64,000 bases of DNA from NCBI GenBank assembly GCA_017531985.1, contig JAFXJY010000017.1:29690-93689 (forward strand). Reading direction: 5' to 3'. A program made the position numbers and the translations under genes. Numbering within the stretch: position 1 is the first letter of the stretch; the number at the start of each line of letters is the position of its first letter. Source of the stretch: Bacteroidaceae bacterium. GTDB lineage: Bacteria; Bacteroidota; Bacteroidia; Bacteroidales; Barnesiellaceae_A. The notes beneath the pieces are model-generated. The model was not told the origin of the DNA, ran no database searches, and saw only the letters and a program-made list of their open reading frames with translations. This document shows positions 10,458-18,428 of this stretch, in pieces.

Positions 10458-12779
10458 ATGAAGAAACATACCACACACCGATTGTCTATTGCAAGCATCG
10501 TTTGGTTGCTTGTCGTATTGGTTTTGGTGGGCTGTAGCACTACTCGCCACGTGCCCGATGGTGAATATCTGTTGGATAAGGTGCATATCGAAACCGACAA
10601 TAAGAGTGTGCCTCCGGCAATGTTGCGGACATATATTCAGCAAAACCCCAATTATCGTGCATTGGGATTCATTCCTTTCCAATTGGGGTTGTACAATATG
10701 TCGGGTAACGACACGACCAAGAGTATAAATCGATGGCTGCGCAAGGTGGGTGATGCACCGGTGATATATGATGCGAAGGCTATGGATGCCTCTTGCTATC
10801 ATATCTCGAAGGTGTTGTCGAATATGGGCTATATGCACGCCTCGGTTGAGGCCGATACCGTGGCCAAGGGCAAGCGTATGGCTATTACTTATCGTGTTAA
10901 GACCGATGAGCCGTTCTATGTAGATACATTGCTATACGATATCCCACATACGGTTATCGACAGTATTATACACTCGCAACCTTCGTCTATTACCAAAGGT
11001 ATGCTGCTCGACCGTTCGTTGCTCAATCTCGAGCGCGACCGTATCGCTGCTATGTTGCATCGCGAAGGTTTTTATACTTTCAACAAGGAGTATATCACCT
11101 TCAGTGCCGATACGGTGTCGTCGTCGCGAGCCGTAGAACTTACAATGACCCTGCGCCCTATGCCCTCGTTCGACAATCAAGGTACGGCATCGTACGACTC
11201 ATATAGGCAATATCGCATCAACAAGGTATATGTTGTTACCGACCCCGGGGTGGTGGCAATAGACCTCGCGCAAGTAGATGTGAGCCACACCGAGCCTTAT
11301 CGTGGTATTGACATTGTATATGGTGACAACCGATATATCACGCCGTTGGCATTGGCTGAGAACTGCTTTATTATGCCCGGTGAGATGTATAGCAGCGAGA
11401 TGGTCGATCGCACCTACAGGGCATTCGGTCGGCTTACCTATCTGCGCAATATCAACGTGCGATTCAGGGTGCATAACGAGTTGCCCGATGATACACGACT
11501 CGATTGTTACATCTTCTTGGCCCCCGGTAAGTCACAAAATATAAGTGCCGAGGTTGAGGGTACAAACTCGGAAGGCGACTTGGGCGTAGCGGCACAGTTG
11601 ACCTATCAGCATCGCAACATATTCAAAGGCTCGGAAATCTTCACTGCCGAGGTGCGTGGCGCATACGAGAGTGTGTCGGGTACGATACAAGGCCTTATCA
11701 ATGATAGTTACACCGAGATAGGTGGTCGCGTAGGGCTTAAAGTGCCTAAATTCCTCTTTCCGTTTGTGCCATACAAGACACGTCGCAAACTCCTCGCCAC
11801 AACCGACTTCGATGCCTCGGTCAACTTCCAGCAACGCCCCGAATATACCCGTATCATAGCCGGTGCAGCGTGGCGATACAATTGGGCCGACGGTGCGCAT
11901 CGTCACAGGGTTGACCTGCTCGACTTCAACTATGTATATCTGCCATACTATATGGATGGATTCCTCGAGCAGATAGCACCCTCCAATCCACTGTTGCGAT
12001 ACAGTTACGAAGACCACTTTATAATGGGCATAGGCTATAACTTCTATACCAGCAACTTGCCCACCAATACCCCTTTGCAAAAGACTCAATTGAGCAACGC
12101 CTACACACTGCGAGCCACAATCGAGTCGGCAGGAAACCTCTTATACGGTATATCCAATCTTACCGGCCCTGCACCCGACGACGGATATAAAATGTTCGGT
12201 ATAAGATATTCGCAATATGTCAAGGCCAATCTCGACTATAGTTTCCTGCACAACTTCAGCAAGCGACACGGCTTGGCATTCCACGCCGGTGTGGGAGTAG
12301 GAGTACCATACGGCAATTCATCGGTAATGCCCTTCGAGAAGCGTTTCTACTCGGGAGGAGCCAACAGCGTGCGTGGATGGGCTGTGCGTACATTGGGCCC
12401 CGGTAGTTACAACGGATACAATACAGCCAACAACTTTGTGTATCAATGTGGCGACGTACGCCTCGACCTCAGCGTAGAGTATCGCGCCAAACTGTTCTGG
12501 AAAATCGAGTCGGCCATCTTCATCGATGCCGGTAATATATGGACCATCAACGACTACGAAACCCAACCCGGAGGAGCCTTCCGTTTCGATACATTCTACA
12601 AGCAGATAGCCTTGGCCTACGGATTGGGCTTACGTCTCAACTTCGATTTTGTGGTAATACGAGCCGACTTCGGTATGAAAGCCTACAACCCCGCCGACGG
12701 CAGTGTTAAGTGGGCCATAGCAGCACACGACTTCAATCGCGACTTCGCTTGGCACATATCCATAGGCTATCCATTCTGA
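10458..12779 (+). CDS. Omp85/BamA-family outer membrane protein (surface antigen D15 paralog)
   Basis: ORF 10380..12779. The likely start is MKKHTTHRL at 10458, followed by a signal/lipobox (LVGCST). C-terminal barrel with the YSGGANSVRGW motif and terminal GYPF. Confidence 0.8.
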   Translation: MKKHTTHRLSIASIVWLLVVLVLVGCSTTRHVPDGEYLLDKVHIETDNKSVPPAMLRTYIQQNPNYRALGFIPFQLGLYNMSGNDTTKSINRWLRKVGDAPVIYDAKAMDASCYHISKVLSNMGYMHASVEADTVAKGKRMAITYRVKTDEPFYVDTLLYDIPHTVIDSIIHSQPSSITKGMLLDRSLLNLERDRIAAMLHREGFYTFNKEYITFSADTVSSSRAVELTMTLRPMPSFDNQGTASYDSYRQYRINKVYVVTDPGVVAIDLAQVDVSHTEPYRGIDIVYGDNRYITPLALAENCFIMPGEMYSSEMVDRTYRAFGRLTYLRNINVRFRVHNELPDDTRLDCYIFLAPGKSQNISAEVEGTNSEGDLGVAAQLTYQHRNIFKGSEIFTAEVRGAYESVSGTIQGLINDSYTEIGGRVGLKVPKFLFPFVPYKTRRKLLATTDFDASVNFQQRPEYTRIIAGAAWRYNWADGAHRHRVDLLDFNYVYLPYYMDGFLEQIAPSNPLLRYSYEDHFIMGIGYNFYTSNLPTNTPLQKTQLSNAYTLRATIESAGNLLYGISNLTGPAPDDGYKMFGIRYSQYVKANLDYSFLHNFSKRHGLAFHAGVGVGVPYGNSSVMPFEKRFYSGGANSVRGWAVRTLGPGSYNGYNTANNFVYQCGDVRLDLSVEYRAKLFWKIESAIFIDAGNIWTINDYETQPGGAFRFDTFYKQIALAYGLGLRLNFDFVVIRADFGMKAYNPADGSVKWAIAAHDFNRDFAWHISIGYPF

Positions 12780-12799
12780 TAGAAAAAAGGCTCAAAAAT

Positions 12800-12830
12800 T
12801 TTGCTATCCCGAAAAAGCGCACTATCTTTG
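12800..12830 (+). promoter_or_regulatory. Promoter of the tRNA-Gly/tRNA-Leu operon (-33 TTTG and -7 TATCTTTG)
   Basis: TTTG at 12800..12803 and TATCTTTG at 12823..12830, 19-bp spacing, about 24 nt upstream of tRNA-Gly. Confidence 0.65.
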
Positions 12831-12853
12831 TCGTCGCAAAACAAAGTCGCACT

Positions 12854-12926
12854 GCGAAAGTAGCTCAGTTGGTAGAGCATAACCTTGCCAAGGTTAGGGT
12901 CGCGGGTTCGAGTCCCGTCTTTCGCT
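12854..12926 (+). tRNA. tRNA-Gly (anticodon GCC)
   Basis: Hand-folded cloverleaf: acceptor GCGAAAG/CTTTCGC, anticodon loop TTGCCAA, T-loop GGTTCGAGTCC. Confidence 0.9.
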
Positions 12927-12934
12927 CAAGGTCT

Positions 12935-13018
12935 GCCCGGATGGTGGAATGGTAGACACGAAGGACTTAAAATCCTTTGACCATTGCGGTTGTGCGGGTT
13001 CAAGTCCCGCTCCGGGTA
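12935..13018 (+). tRNA. tRNA-Leu (anticodon TAA), long variable arm
   Basis: Acceptor GCCCGGA/TCCGGGT, anticodon loop CTTAAAA, long variable arm, T-loop GGTTCAAGTCC. Confidence 0.9.
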
Positions 13019-13019
13019 C

Positions 13020-13054
13020 AAAACAGGAAATCTCACAGAGGTTTCCTGTTTTTG
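13020..13054 (+). terminator. Rho-independent terminator of the tRNA operon
   Basis: Stem aaacaggaaa / tttcctgttt followed by a T-run. Confidence 0.8.
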
Positions 13055-13163
13055 TGTTTTAGGGGCATAAAGGATCATTATAGAAAAATAGAGTGTCCGG
13101 CTTATTGGTCAAATTAGTACATATCATCGGGGTGGTATTGAGCCAGAAAATCCGATTCATAAT

Positions 13164-13385
13164 TAGGTATAACTTTGAAGCTGTTTGAATTCTATTAGAA
13201 AATATTTCTATATTTGTGCATCTATTTCGGCTTCTTTGAGTCTGTTTTTGTCATCTTTTCTTTGTTGTCTTTTGTAAATAGCCCGCTATTCTCCGCAAAA
13301 CAACAAAGAAAATCTACTCAAAAAAAAGTTCTCAAATAATTCCGAAATAAAATTCAAACAGTTTCTTAATTTATATTATACCTTT
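13164..13385. repeat. Imperfect ~220-bp inverted repeat (long-arm palindrome) in an AT-rich spacer
   Basis: Left arm 13164..13274 and right arm 13296..13385 share the blocks aggtataa, ctgtttgaatt, atttcgg, tttgag and ttttctttgttgt in inverted order. The left arm carries about 27-30 extra bp containing TATATTTG (13209..13216). Confidence 0.6.
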
Positions 13386-13422
13386 GTTGTCACATAAAAG
13401 TAGTCTGAAATAAATCGAATAT

Positions 13423-14979
13423 ATGGAATATCATAACACACTCCCCACCGGTGCAACGTTGCGAGGTAAGTCCTATACCTATCGCATAGAGCGGGTGTTG
13501 GGACAAGGGACGTTCGGCATTACCTACTTGGCAACGACTCGCGTCAAGGTCAATGGACCGCTGGGGGTTATATATACCAATGCCCAAGTGGCTGTCAAGG
13601 AGTTTTTCATGCGTGACTTCAACGAACGCGATGGCGACAGCGTGACCGGTGGTAACAGCATGGGTACTTACAGCAACTACAAGCGAAAATTTGTGCGTGA
13701 AGCCGATAGCCTTAGCAGGATGGATAATCCTCATATTATCAAAGTGTTGGAGTCGTTCGAGGGTAACAATACGGCTTACTATGCTATGGAGTTTTGCGAG
13801 GGAGGAACTCTCGACGACCTGATATGTCGTTATGGAGGACTGGGCGAGACCGATGCCATGCTCTATTTCGAGCAGATAGCCACCGCACTGCACTATATGC
13901 ATCAACGCAAGATGTTGCACCTCGACCTTAAACCCGGCAATATCATGTTGCGAAGCGAGGGAGAGGCGGTGTTGATTGACTTCGGCCTCTCCAAGCAGTA
14001 CACTGCCGACGGACTGCCCGAGACGAGTACCATGATAGGATTGGGTACACCCGGCTATGCTCCCATCGAGCAGGCCAAGCACCGAGATGACAGCAAGCAA
14101 TTTGCCGCCACGCTCGATGTCTATGCCCTTGGGGCAACGCTCTTCAAGATGCTCACCGGCGAACGACCTCCCGAAGCTTCCGATATTGTCAACGATGGTT
14201 TCCCGGTGGAGATGTTGCAGTCACGCGGAGTGAGCGAGCGTCTGATACGCTGCGTGACCAAGGCTATGGCACTGCGTTCGCAACGCTACCCTTCGGTGCG
14301 AGAGATGGCAGCCGATGCAGGTATCGCATTGGTCGACATCCCTCTATCGGCCACCGATCACCACCGGCACGAGACGATGGCTGACGAAGCAACTATAATA
14401 GAATTTCCCATCGATAGCGTGGAAGATGCAACGGAGTTGCCCAATGTACATAACGGACACGAATGGGTCGATTTAGGTTTGTCGGTCAAGTGGGCAACGT
14501 GCAATGTAGGGGCGAGCAGCCCGAGCGATTGGGGTAACTATTATGCATGGGGTGAGACGACCACCAAGACCGAGTATAATTATGGCAAGTGTGCAACATG
14601 GCAAAAGAACTTCGGCGACATCAGTGGGGATTCGCGTTACGACGCCGCCCGTAAGAATTGGGGCGGCAGTTGGCGAATGCCCACGAAAGCCGAGTGCCAA
14701 GAACTCGTGGATAATTGCACATGGACATGGACAACACAAGGCGGACAGACGGGATACAAAGTCACCGGTAAGAATGGCAACAGTATCTTTCTTCCGGCTG
14801 CCGGTTCTCGAAGAGGGTCGTCGCTCTTCAGCCTAGGAGAGTACGGTAGCTGTTGGAGTTCTACGCCCAACGAGAGCGATACCGAGTTTGCGTGTAGCCT
14901 CGGCTTCTATAGCAGCAGTCGCCGCGTGGGCTGGGGCCATCGCTACCGCTGTCTCACCGTCCGCCCCGTTTGTGATTAA
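13423..14979 (+). CDS. Hanks-type Ser/Thr protein kinase fused to a C-terminal FISUMP/DUF1566-like Cys-rich domain
   Basis: Kinase motifs: GQGTFGITY (G-loop), VAVKEF (Lys), HLDLKPGN (catalytic loop), DFG, GTPGYAPIE. The C-terminal ~170 aa (DLGLSVKWATCNVGA...YYAWGE...WRMPT..E...L...LPAAG...CWSST...VRPVCD) is paralogous to 52183..52824. Confidence 0.85.
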   Translation: MEYHNTLPTGATLRGKSYTYRIERVLGQGTFGITYLATTRVKVNGPLGVIYTNAQVAVKEFFMRDFNERDGDSVTGGNSMGTYSNYKRKFVREADSLSRMDNPHIIKVLESFEGNNTAYYAMEFCEGGTLDDLICRYGGLGETDAMLYFEQIATALHYMHQRKMLHLDLKPGNIMLRSEGEAVLIDFGLSKQYTADGLPETSTMIGLGTPGYAPIEQAKHRDDSKQFAATLDVYALGATLFKMLTGERPPEASDIVNDGFPVEMLQSRGVSERLIRCVTKAMALRSQRYPSVREMAADAGIALVDIPLSATDHHRHETMADEATIIEFPIDSVEDATELPNVHNGHEWVDLGLSVKWATCNVGASSPSDWGNYYAWGETTTKTEYNYGKCATWQKNFGDISGDSRYDAARKNWGGSWRMPTKAECQELVDNCTWTWTTQGGQTGYKVTGKNGNSIFLPAAGSRRGSSLFSLGEYGSCWSSTPNESDTEFACSLGFYSSSRRVGWGHRYRCLTVRPVCD

Positions 14980-14991
14980 TTGCCCAAGTAA

Positions 14992-15694
14992 GTAGGGACG
15001 CACCGTTGGTGCGTCCCTACCTCTTGCGAAAACACAGGGGCGAGGTAACCTTTTCTGCCCCTGCGAGCGTAGCGAGATAGGGGAAGTCCCCGCAGGGGGA
15101 AGGGGTTGTGACCTAACGGATGCGTTCAAGCGAACATGATCTATCACCCCTGATTTTTATTATTATTTTAACCCCTCTGTCTCGCAGAGGCTCGACATCT
15201 CCCCTATATTTTCTGACGAAAACACAGGGGCGAAAATGGTAACCCTATCAGCCTGTATACGCTATCGCTTTCCCGTCCTCCGAACGCATTGTCCGTAACC
15301 GTAGGGACGCACCACTGGTGCGTTGATGGCATAATTATATAAAAATCAATTAATATAATAACCGTACGCACCAATGGTGCGTCCCTACCTCAGGAGAAAA
15401 CACAGGGGCGAAAATGATAACAACCAATACGTCGTAGACGTATGGCTATCGAAACCCCACGATGAAGCACGCAGTGCGTAATCGTGGGGTATATGGTGAC
15501 TGGATATGCCACTACGTCGGAGACGTAGTACAGCAATAGTGGGGCATAACGTCTTCGACGTAAGGATACCACACGCACACACATCTACCCCATGTAACGC
15601 TCCGCTCACATGGGGTTTCCACTACACAACGTCTCCGACGTTGCAGCGGTGCGTCCCTACCTCAGGAGAAAATACTGGGGACGAAAATGGTTAC
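14992..15694. repeat. Field of GC-rich palindromic (REP-like) elements
   Basis: Composite unit gtagggacgcaccNNNggtgcgtccctac + ctcaggagaaaacacaggggcgaaaatggtaac. It is full at 14992..15050 and left-truncated at 15364..15421. A right half lies at 15648..15694, the tail alone at 15213..15245 and the palindrome alone at 15301..15323. At least 8 further stem-loops are present. Confidence 0.8.
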
Positions 15695-15760
15695 TTTCTT
15701 CCCAAAGATTCATGGGCAGATTGGTATAAAAAAAATTTCATCGCACTGACAGGTATTGTT

Positions 15761-16020
15761 TACCTTTGAGGTAAACCTCGAAGATACTTTCACTCGCTGC
15801 AAGAAATATTCAAGCAAACTTGATATTTCTCGCTCGTTTATGCTTACCTTTGCGGTAAACCGCGAAGATACTTTCACTCGCTGTAAGAAATATTCAAGTA
15901 AACTTGATATATCTTGCTCGTTTATGCTTACCTTTGCGGTAAACCGCGAAGATACTTTCTCTCGCTGCAAGAAATATTCAAGTAAACTTGATATTTCTCG
16001 CTCGTTTATGCGTATCTTTG
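15761..16020 (+). repeat. 84-bp tandem repeat (3 full units plus the start of a 4th), each unit beginning with a TAnnTTTG -7 promoter box
   Basis: Units start at 15761, 15845 and 15929 (TACCTTTG) and 16013 (TATCTTTG). About 90% identity between units. The last box lies 26 nt upstream of the thyA ATG. Confidence 0.9.
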
Positions 16021-16045
16021 GCAGTGACAATAAAAACAAAATAAT

Positions 16046-16840
16046 ATGAGACAATATTTAGACCTCTTGCAGCATGTTCTTGATCATGGCGTACGCAAGG
16101 ACGACCGCACCGGTACGGGTACCATCAGCACTTTCGGTTATCAGATGCGTTTCAATCTCGATGATGGCTTTCCATTGCTCACGACCAAGGCGTTGCACTT
16201 GAAGTCGATTATACACGAGCTGTTGTGGTTTTTGGCAGGTGACACCAATGTGAAGTATCTGCAAGAGAATGGTGTGCGTATATGGAATGAATGGGCTGAT
16301 GAGAATGGCGACTTGGGTCACATATACGGCTATCAGTGGCGTAAGTGGCGTGACTATCAAGGTGGTCACATCGACCAGATACAGGAGGTGGTGGATACGT
16401 TGAAGAACAACCCCGACTCGCGTCGTATCATTGTCAATGCGTGGAATGTGGCCGATCTGCCGGAAATGAAGTTGCCACCCTGCCATGCCTTTTTCCAGTT
16501 CTATGTGGCTGATGGCCGTCTCAGTCTGCAACTCTATCAGCGTAGTGCCGATATATTCTTAGGTGTGCCGTTCAATATTGCATCGTATGCCCTGTTGTTG
16601 CAGATGATGGCTCAGGTGACCGGTCTGCAAGCCGGTGATTTTGTGCATACTTTGGGCGATGCACATATCTATCTCAATCACTTAGAGCAGGTACAAGAGC
16701 AACTTCGTCGTGAGCCGCGAGCTTTGCCTCGCATGGTAATTAACCCCGAAGTCAAGTCGATATTCGATTTCAAATATTCCGATTTCCAACTGACCGACTA
16801 CGACCCGCATCCTCACATAGCAGGTGTCGTGGCGGTGTAA
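16046..16840 (+). CDS. thyA: Thymidylate synthase
   Basis: 264 aa. MRQYLDLL...DRTGTGT...; active-site region [12 protein letters not shown]; ends [10 protein letters not shown]. Confidence 0.97.
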   Translation: MRQYLDLLQHVLDHGVRKDDRTGTGTISTFGYQMRFNLDDGFPLLTTKALHLKSIIHELLWFLAGDTNVKYLQENGVRIWNEWADENGDLGHIYGYQWRKWRDYQGGHIDQIQEVVDTLKNNPDSRRIIVNAWNVADLPEMKLPPCHAFFQFYVADGRLSLQLYQRSADIFLGVPFNIASYALLLQMMAQVTGLQAGDFVHTLGDAHIYLNHLEQVQEQLRREPRALPRMVINPEVKSIFDFKYSDFQLTDYDPHPHIAGVVAV

Positions 16841-16854
16841 ATAGCAGAATAACT

Positions 16855-17340
16855 ATGATTTCATTGATTGTAGCCATAGCCGCCAATAATGCCATAGGTC
16901 GCAGCCAAGAGTTGCTGTGCCATCTTCCCAATGACCTGAAACGCTTCAAAGCGATTACTTTGGGGCATACCATCGTGATGGGTCGTCGCACTTACGAGTC
17001 GTTGCCCAAGGGTGCATTGCCCGGGCGTACCAATGTGGTGGTAACCGGTAGTGCCGATGCAGCGTGGGAGAATGTCGAGGTGGTTCATTCGGTCGACGAG
17101 GCACTTGCCAGGGAGGAGGGTAAGGAGCTTTTCGTAATAGGAGGAGCAACACTTTATCGCCAGACCCTCGATCGTGCCGACCGCCTCTATATCACGCACA
17201 TACATCATAGTTTTGAGGATGCCGATACGTTCTTCCCCGACCTCGATTATAGCCAATGGCGAGAGATAGAGCGAGAGTCGCACGCAGCCGATGAACGTCA
17301 TCCTTATGACTATACTTTTGTGACTTACGAGCGAAAGTAA
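16855..17340 (+). CDS. folA: Dihydrofolate reductase
   Basis: 161 aa. MISLIVAIAANNAIG...LPW-type N-terminus, GRRTYESLP, VIGG motif. Immediately downstream of thyA. Confidence 0.93.
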   Translation: MISLIVAIAANNAIGRSQELLCHLPNDLKRFKAITLGHTIVMGRRTYESLPKGALPGRTNVVVTGSADAAWENVEVVHSVDEALAREEGKELFVIGGATLYRQTLDRADRLYITHIHHSFEDADTFFPDLDYSQWREIERESHAADERHPYDYTFVTYERK

Positions 17341-17582
17341 TAGTGACGTGTGAGGTTAAGCACAGCCGAGCCACTGTCGGTCGATAATAAGGTGTGTTCT
17401 ATCAATCGGTAGACAAATTCATCGTTGTCGGTAGTTTCTATTTCGGTCGCTTTTGAATCTATTGCAGTATGTATCTAATTTTCATTTAGTTACAATGTTC
17501 GCATTGTGCCATTGTGTGAAATTGGAAATTTTCTCACAATAATCTTACAATCAACTCGATCTAATGGATAGAACCTCTATAA

Positions 17583-17629
17583 AGAGAATGTGTGGGTAGC
17601 CTTTGCGTGCCATCTACACATTCTTTTTT
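17583..17629 (+). terminator. Rho-independent terminator about 240 nt downstream of folA
   Basis: Stem agaatgtgt..tag / ctacacattct followed by TTTTTT. Confidence 0.7.
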
Positions 17630-17652
17630 GTCTTGGCGTTGCGATGCCGATA

Positions 17653-18108
17653 TTATTCGTACCAATGTACCAGAACATTGCCCGTAGGGTCGAAATAGAG
17701 TGTGATGGTAGGTGAGGTGGCTAACTCGATGTTGTATCCTGCCGATGACCGTTCGATGGCACTTACCTCAAAGTCGGCATACTCGCTGGCAAGATAGTCA
17801 ATTATGTTCTCAGGCAGTACTGCTTTAATAAGCTCGGAGGGCAGTACAGCGTGGTTGCTATCGATTTCCTGCCAACGTCCGTCGCCATAAAAAGTGAGTT
17901 CGTAACCGTTGTCGAGAGTGACCTCGTAGCGAGGTTCTTCCTTGTGTCGTTCGGCCTGAGTAACGACATTGTTGGGAAAATATTTTTGTAGGAAAGTCTG
18001 TGCTTCGGACGGCAGGTCGTCGAAGTAGACCGAGTCATGTTCGTTACAAGCTATCCAGCCGAAACATAACAGTGCGAGAAGAGTGGCAGTAAATAAGAAT
18101 TTTTTCAT
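17653..18108 (-). CDS. PepSY-like periplasmic lipoprotein (paralog of 8945..9409)
   Basis: ORF 17653..18237. The start at 18108 is preferred because MKKFLFTATLLALLCFGWIAC is a classical lipoprotein signal. A TACCTTTG box on the minus strand at 18279..18286 leaves the start or leader length uncertain. Confidence 0.6.
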   Translation of the reverse strand: MKKFLFTATLLALLCFGWIACNEHDSVYFDDLPSEAQTFLQKYFPNNVVTQAERHKEEPRYEVTLDNGYELTFYGDGRWQEIDSNHAVLPSELIKAVLPENIIDYLASEYADFEVSAIERSSAGYNIELATSPTITLYFDPTGNVLVHWYE

Positions 18109-18428
18109 AGCTTTTTTCCTTTTACAACATCGTTGGTGTGTAAAAGGTTTATGCAGCTGATCGGTAGAGTCAACTTGAAAAAGGGAGAATGGAATGAAAA
18201 GGCACAAAAAAAAATTGATTGTCATCCCGACAACCAATCTTCGTTAACCTTAATTCTAATACCATGAAAAACACGATGCAAAGGTAGTGCGTTTTTGTGC
18301 TATTGTCAATAGTAGAGGGTTGCAAAGTTATTGTATTTAATAATATTTAACAAACCTCTATCCAATTCCCTTCATTTTAGTTGATTGTGATAAATAAAAT
18401 GGTGGCATAAAGAATGGATATAGTGAGT

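Noticed and set aside
12710-12955. 81-aa plus-strand ORF, and likewise the 61-aa minus-strand ORF at 47192..47377
   Set aside because: Both run across tRNA genes (Gly/Leu and Val respectively) and the ends of flanking genes, so they are not coding.
14833-15147. 104-aa minus-strand ORF containing RGRDAPTVRPY
   Set aside because: It is a translation of the gtagggacgcacc...ggtgcgtccctac palindromes and it overlaps the 3' end of the kinase gene. This is a typical spurious ORF over REP-like elements.
15761-16020. Possible CRISPR array
   Set aside because: The repeats are contiguous 84-bp units with no unique spacers between them. No cas genes are nearby, and the unit length lies outside the CRISPR repeat range.
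13019-16045. Integrated mobile element / genomic island at tRNA-Leu
   Set aside because: The accessory-looking content (kinase fusion, repeats) starts right after tRNA-Leu. However, I found no integrase, recombinase or transposase ORF and no direct repeat of the tRNA 3' end downstream. At most it is an old, decayed insertion.
15710-16054. ORFs on both strands (114 aa on the minus strand, 97 aa on the plus strand) with strikingly repetitive peptides such as SSLLEYFLQR and EDTFTRCKKYSSKLDIS
   Set aside because: They are read straight through the 84-bp tandem repeat. Because 84 is a multiple of 3, any stop-free frame stays open. Both strands being open, the absence of a start-codon context and the overlap with the promoter boxes all argue against coding.
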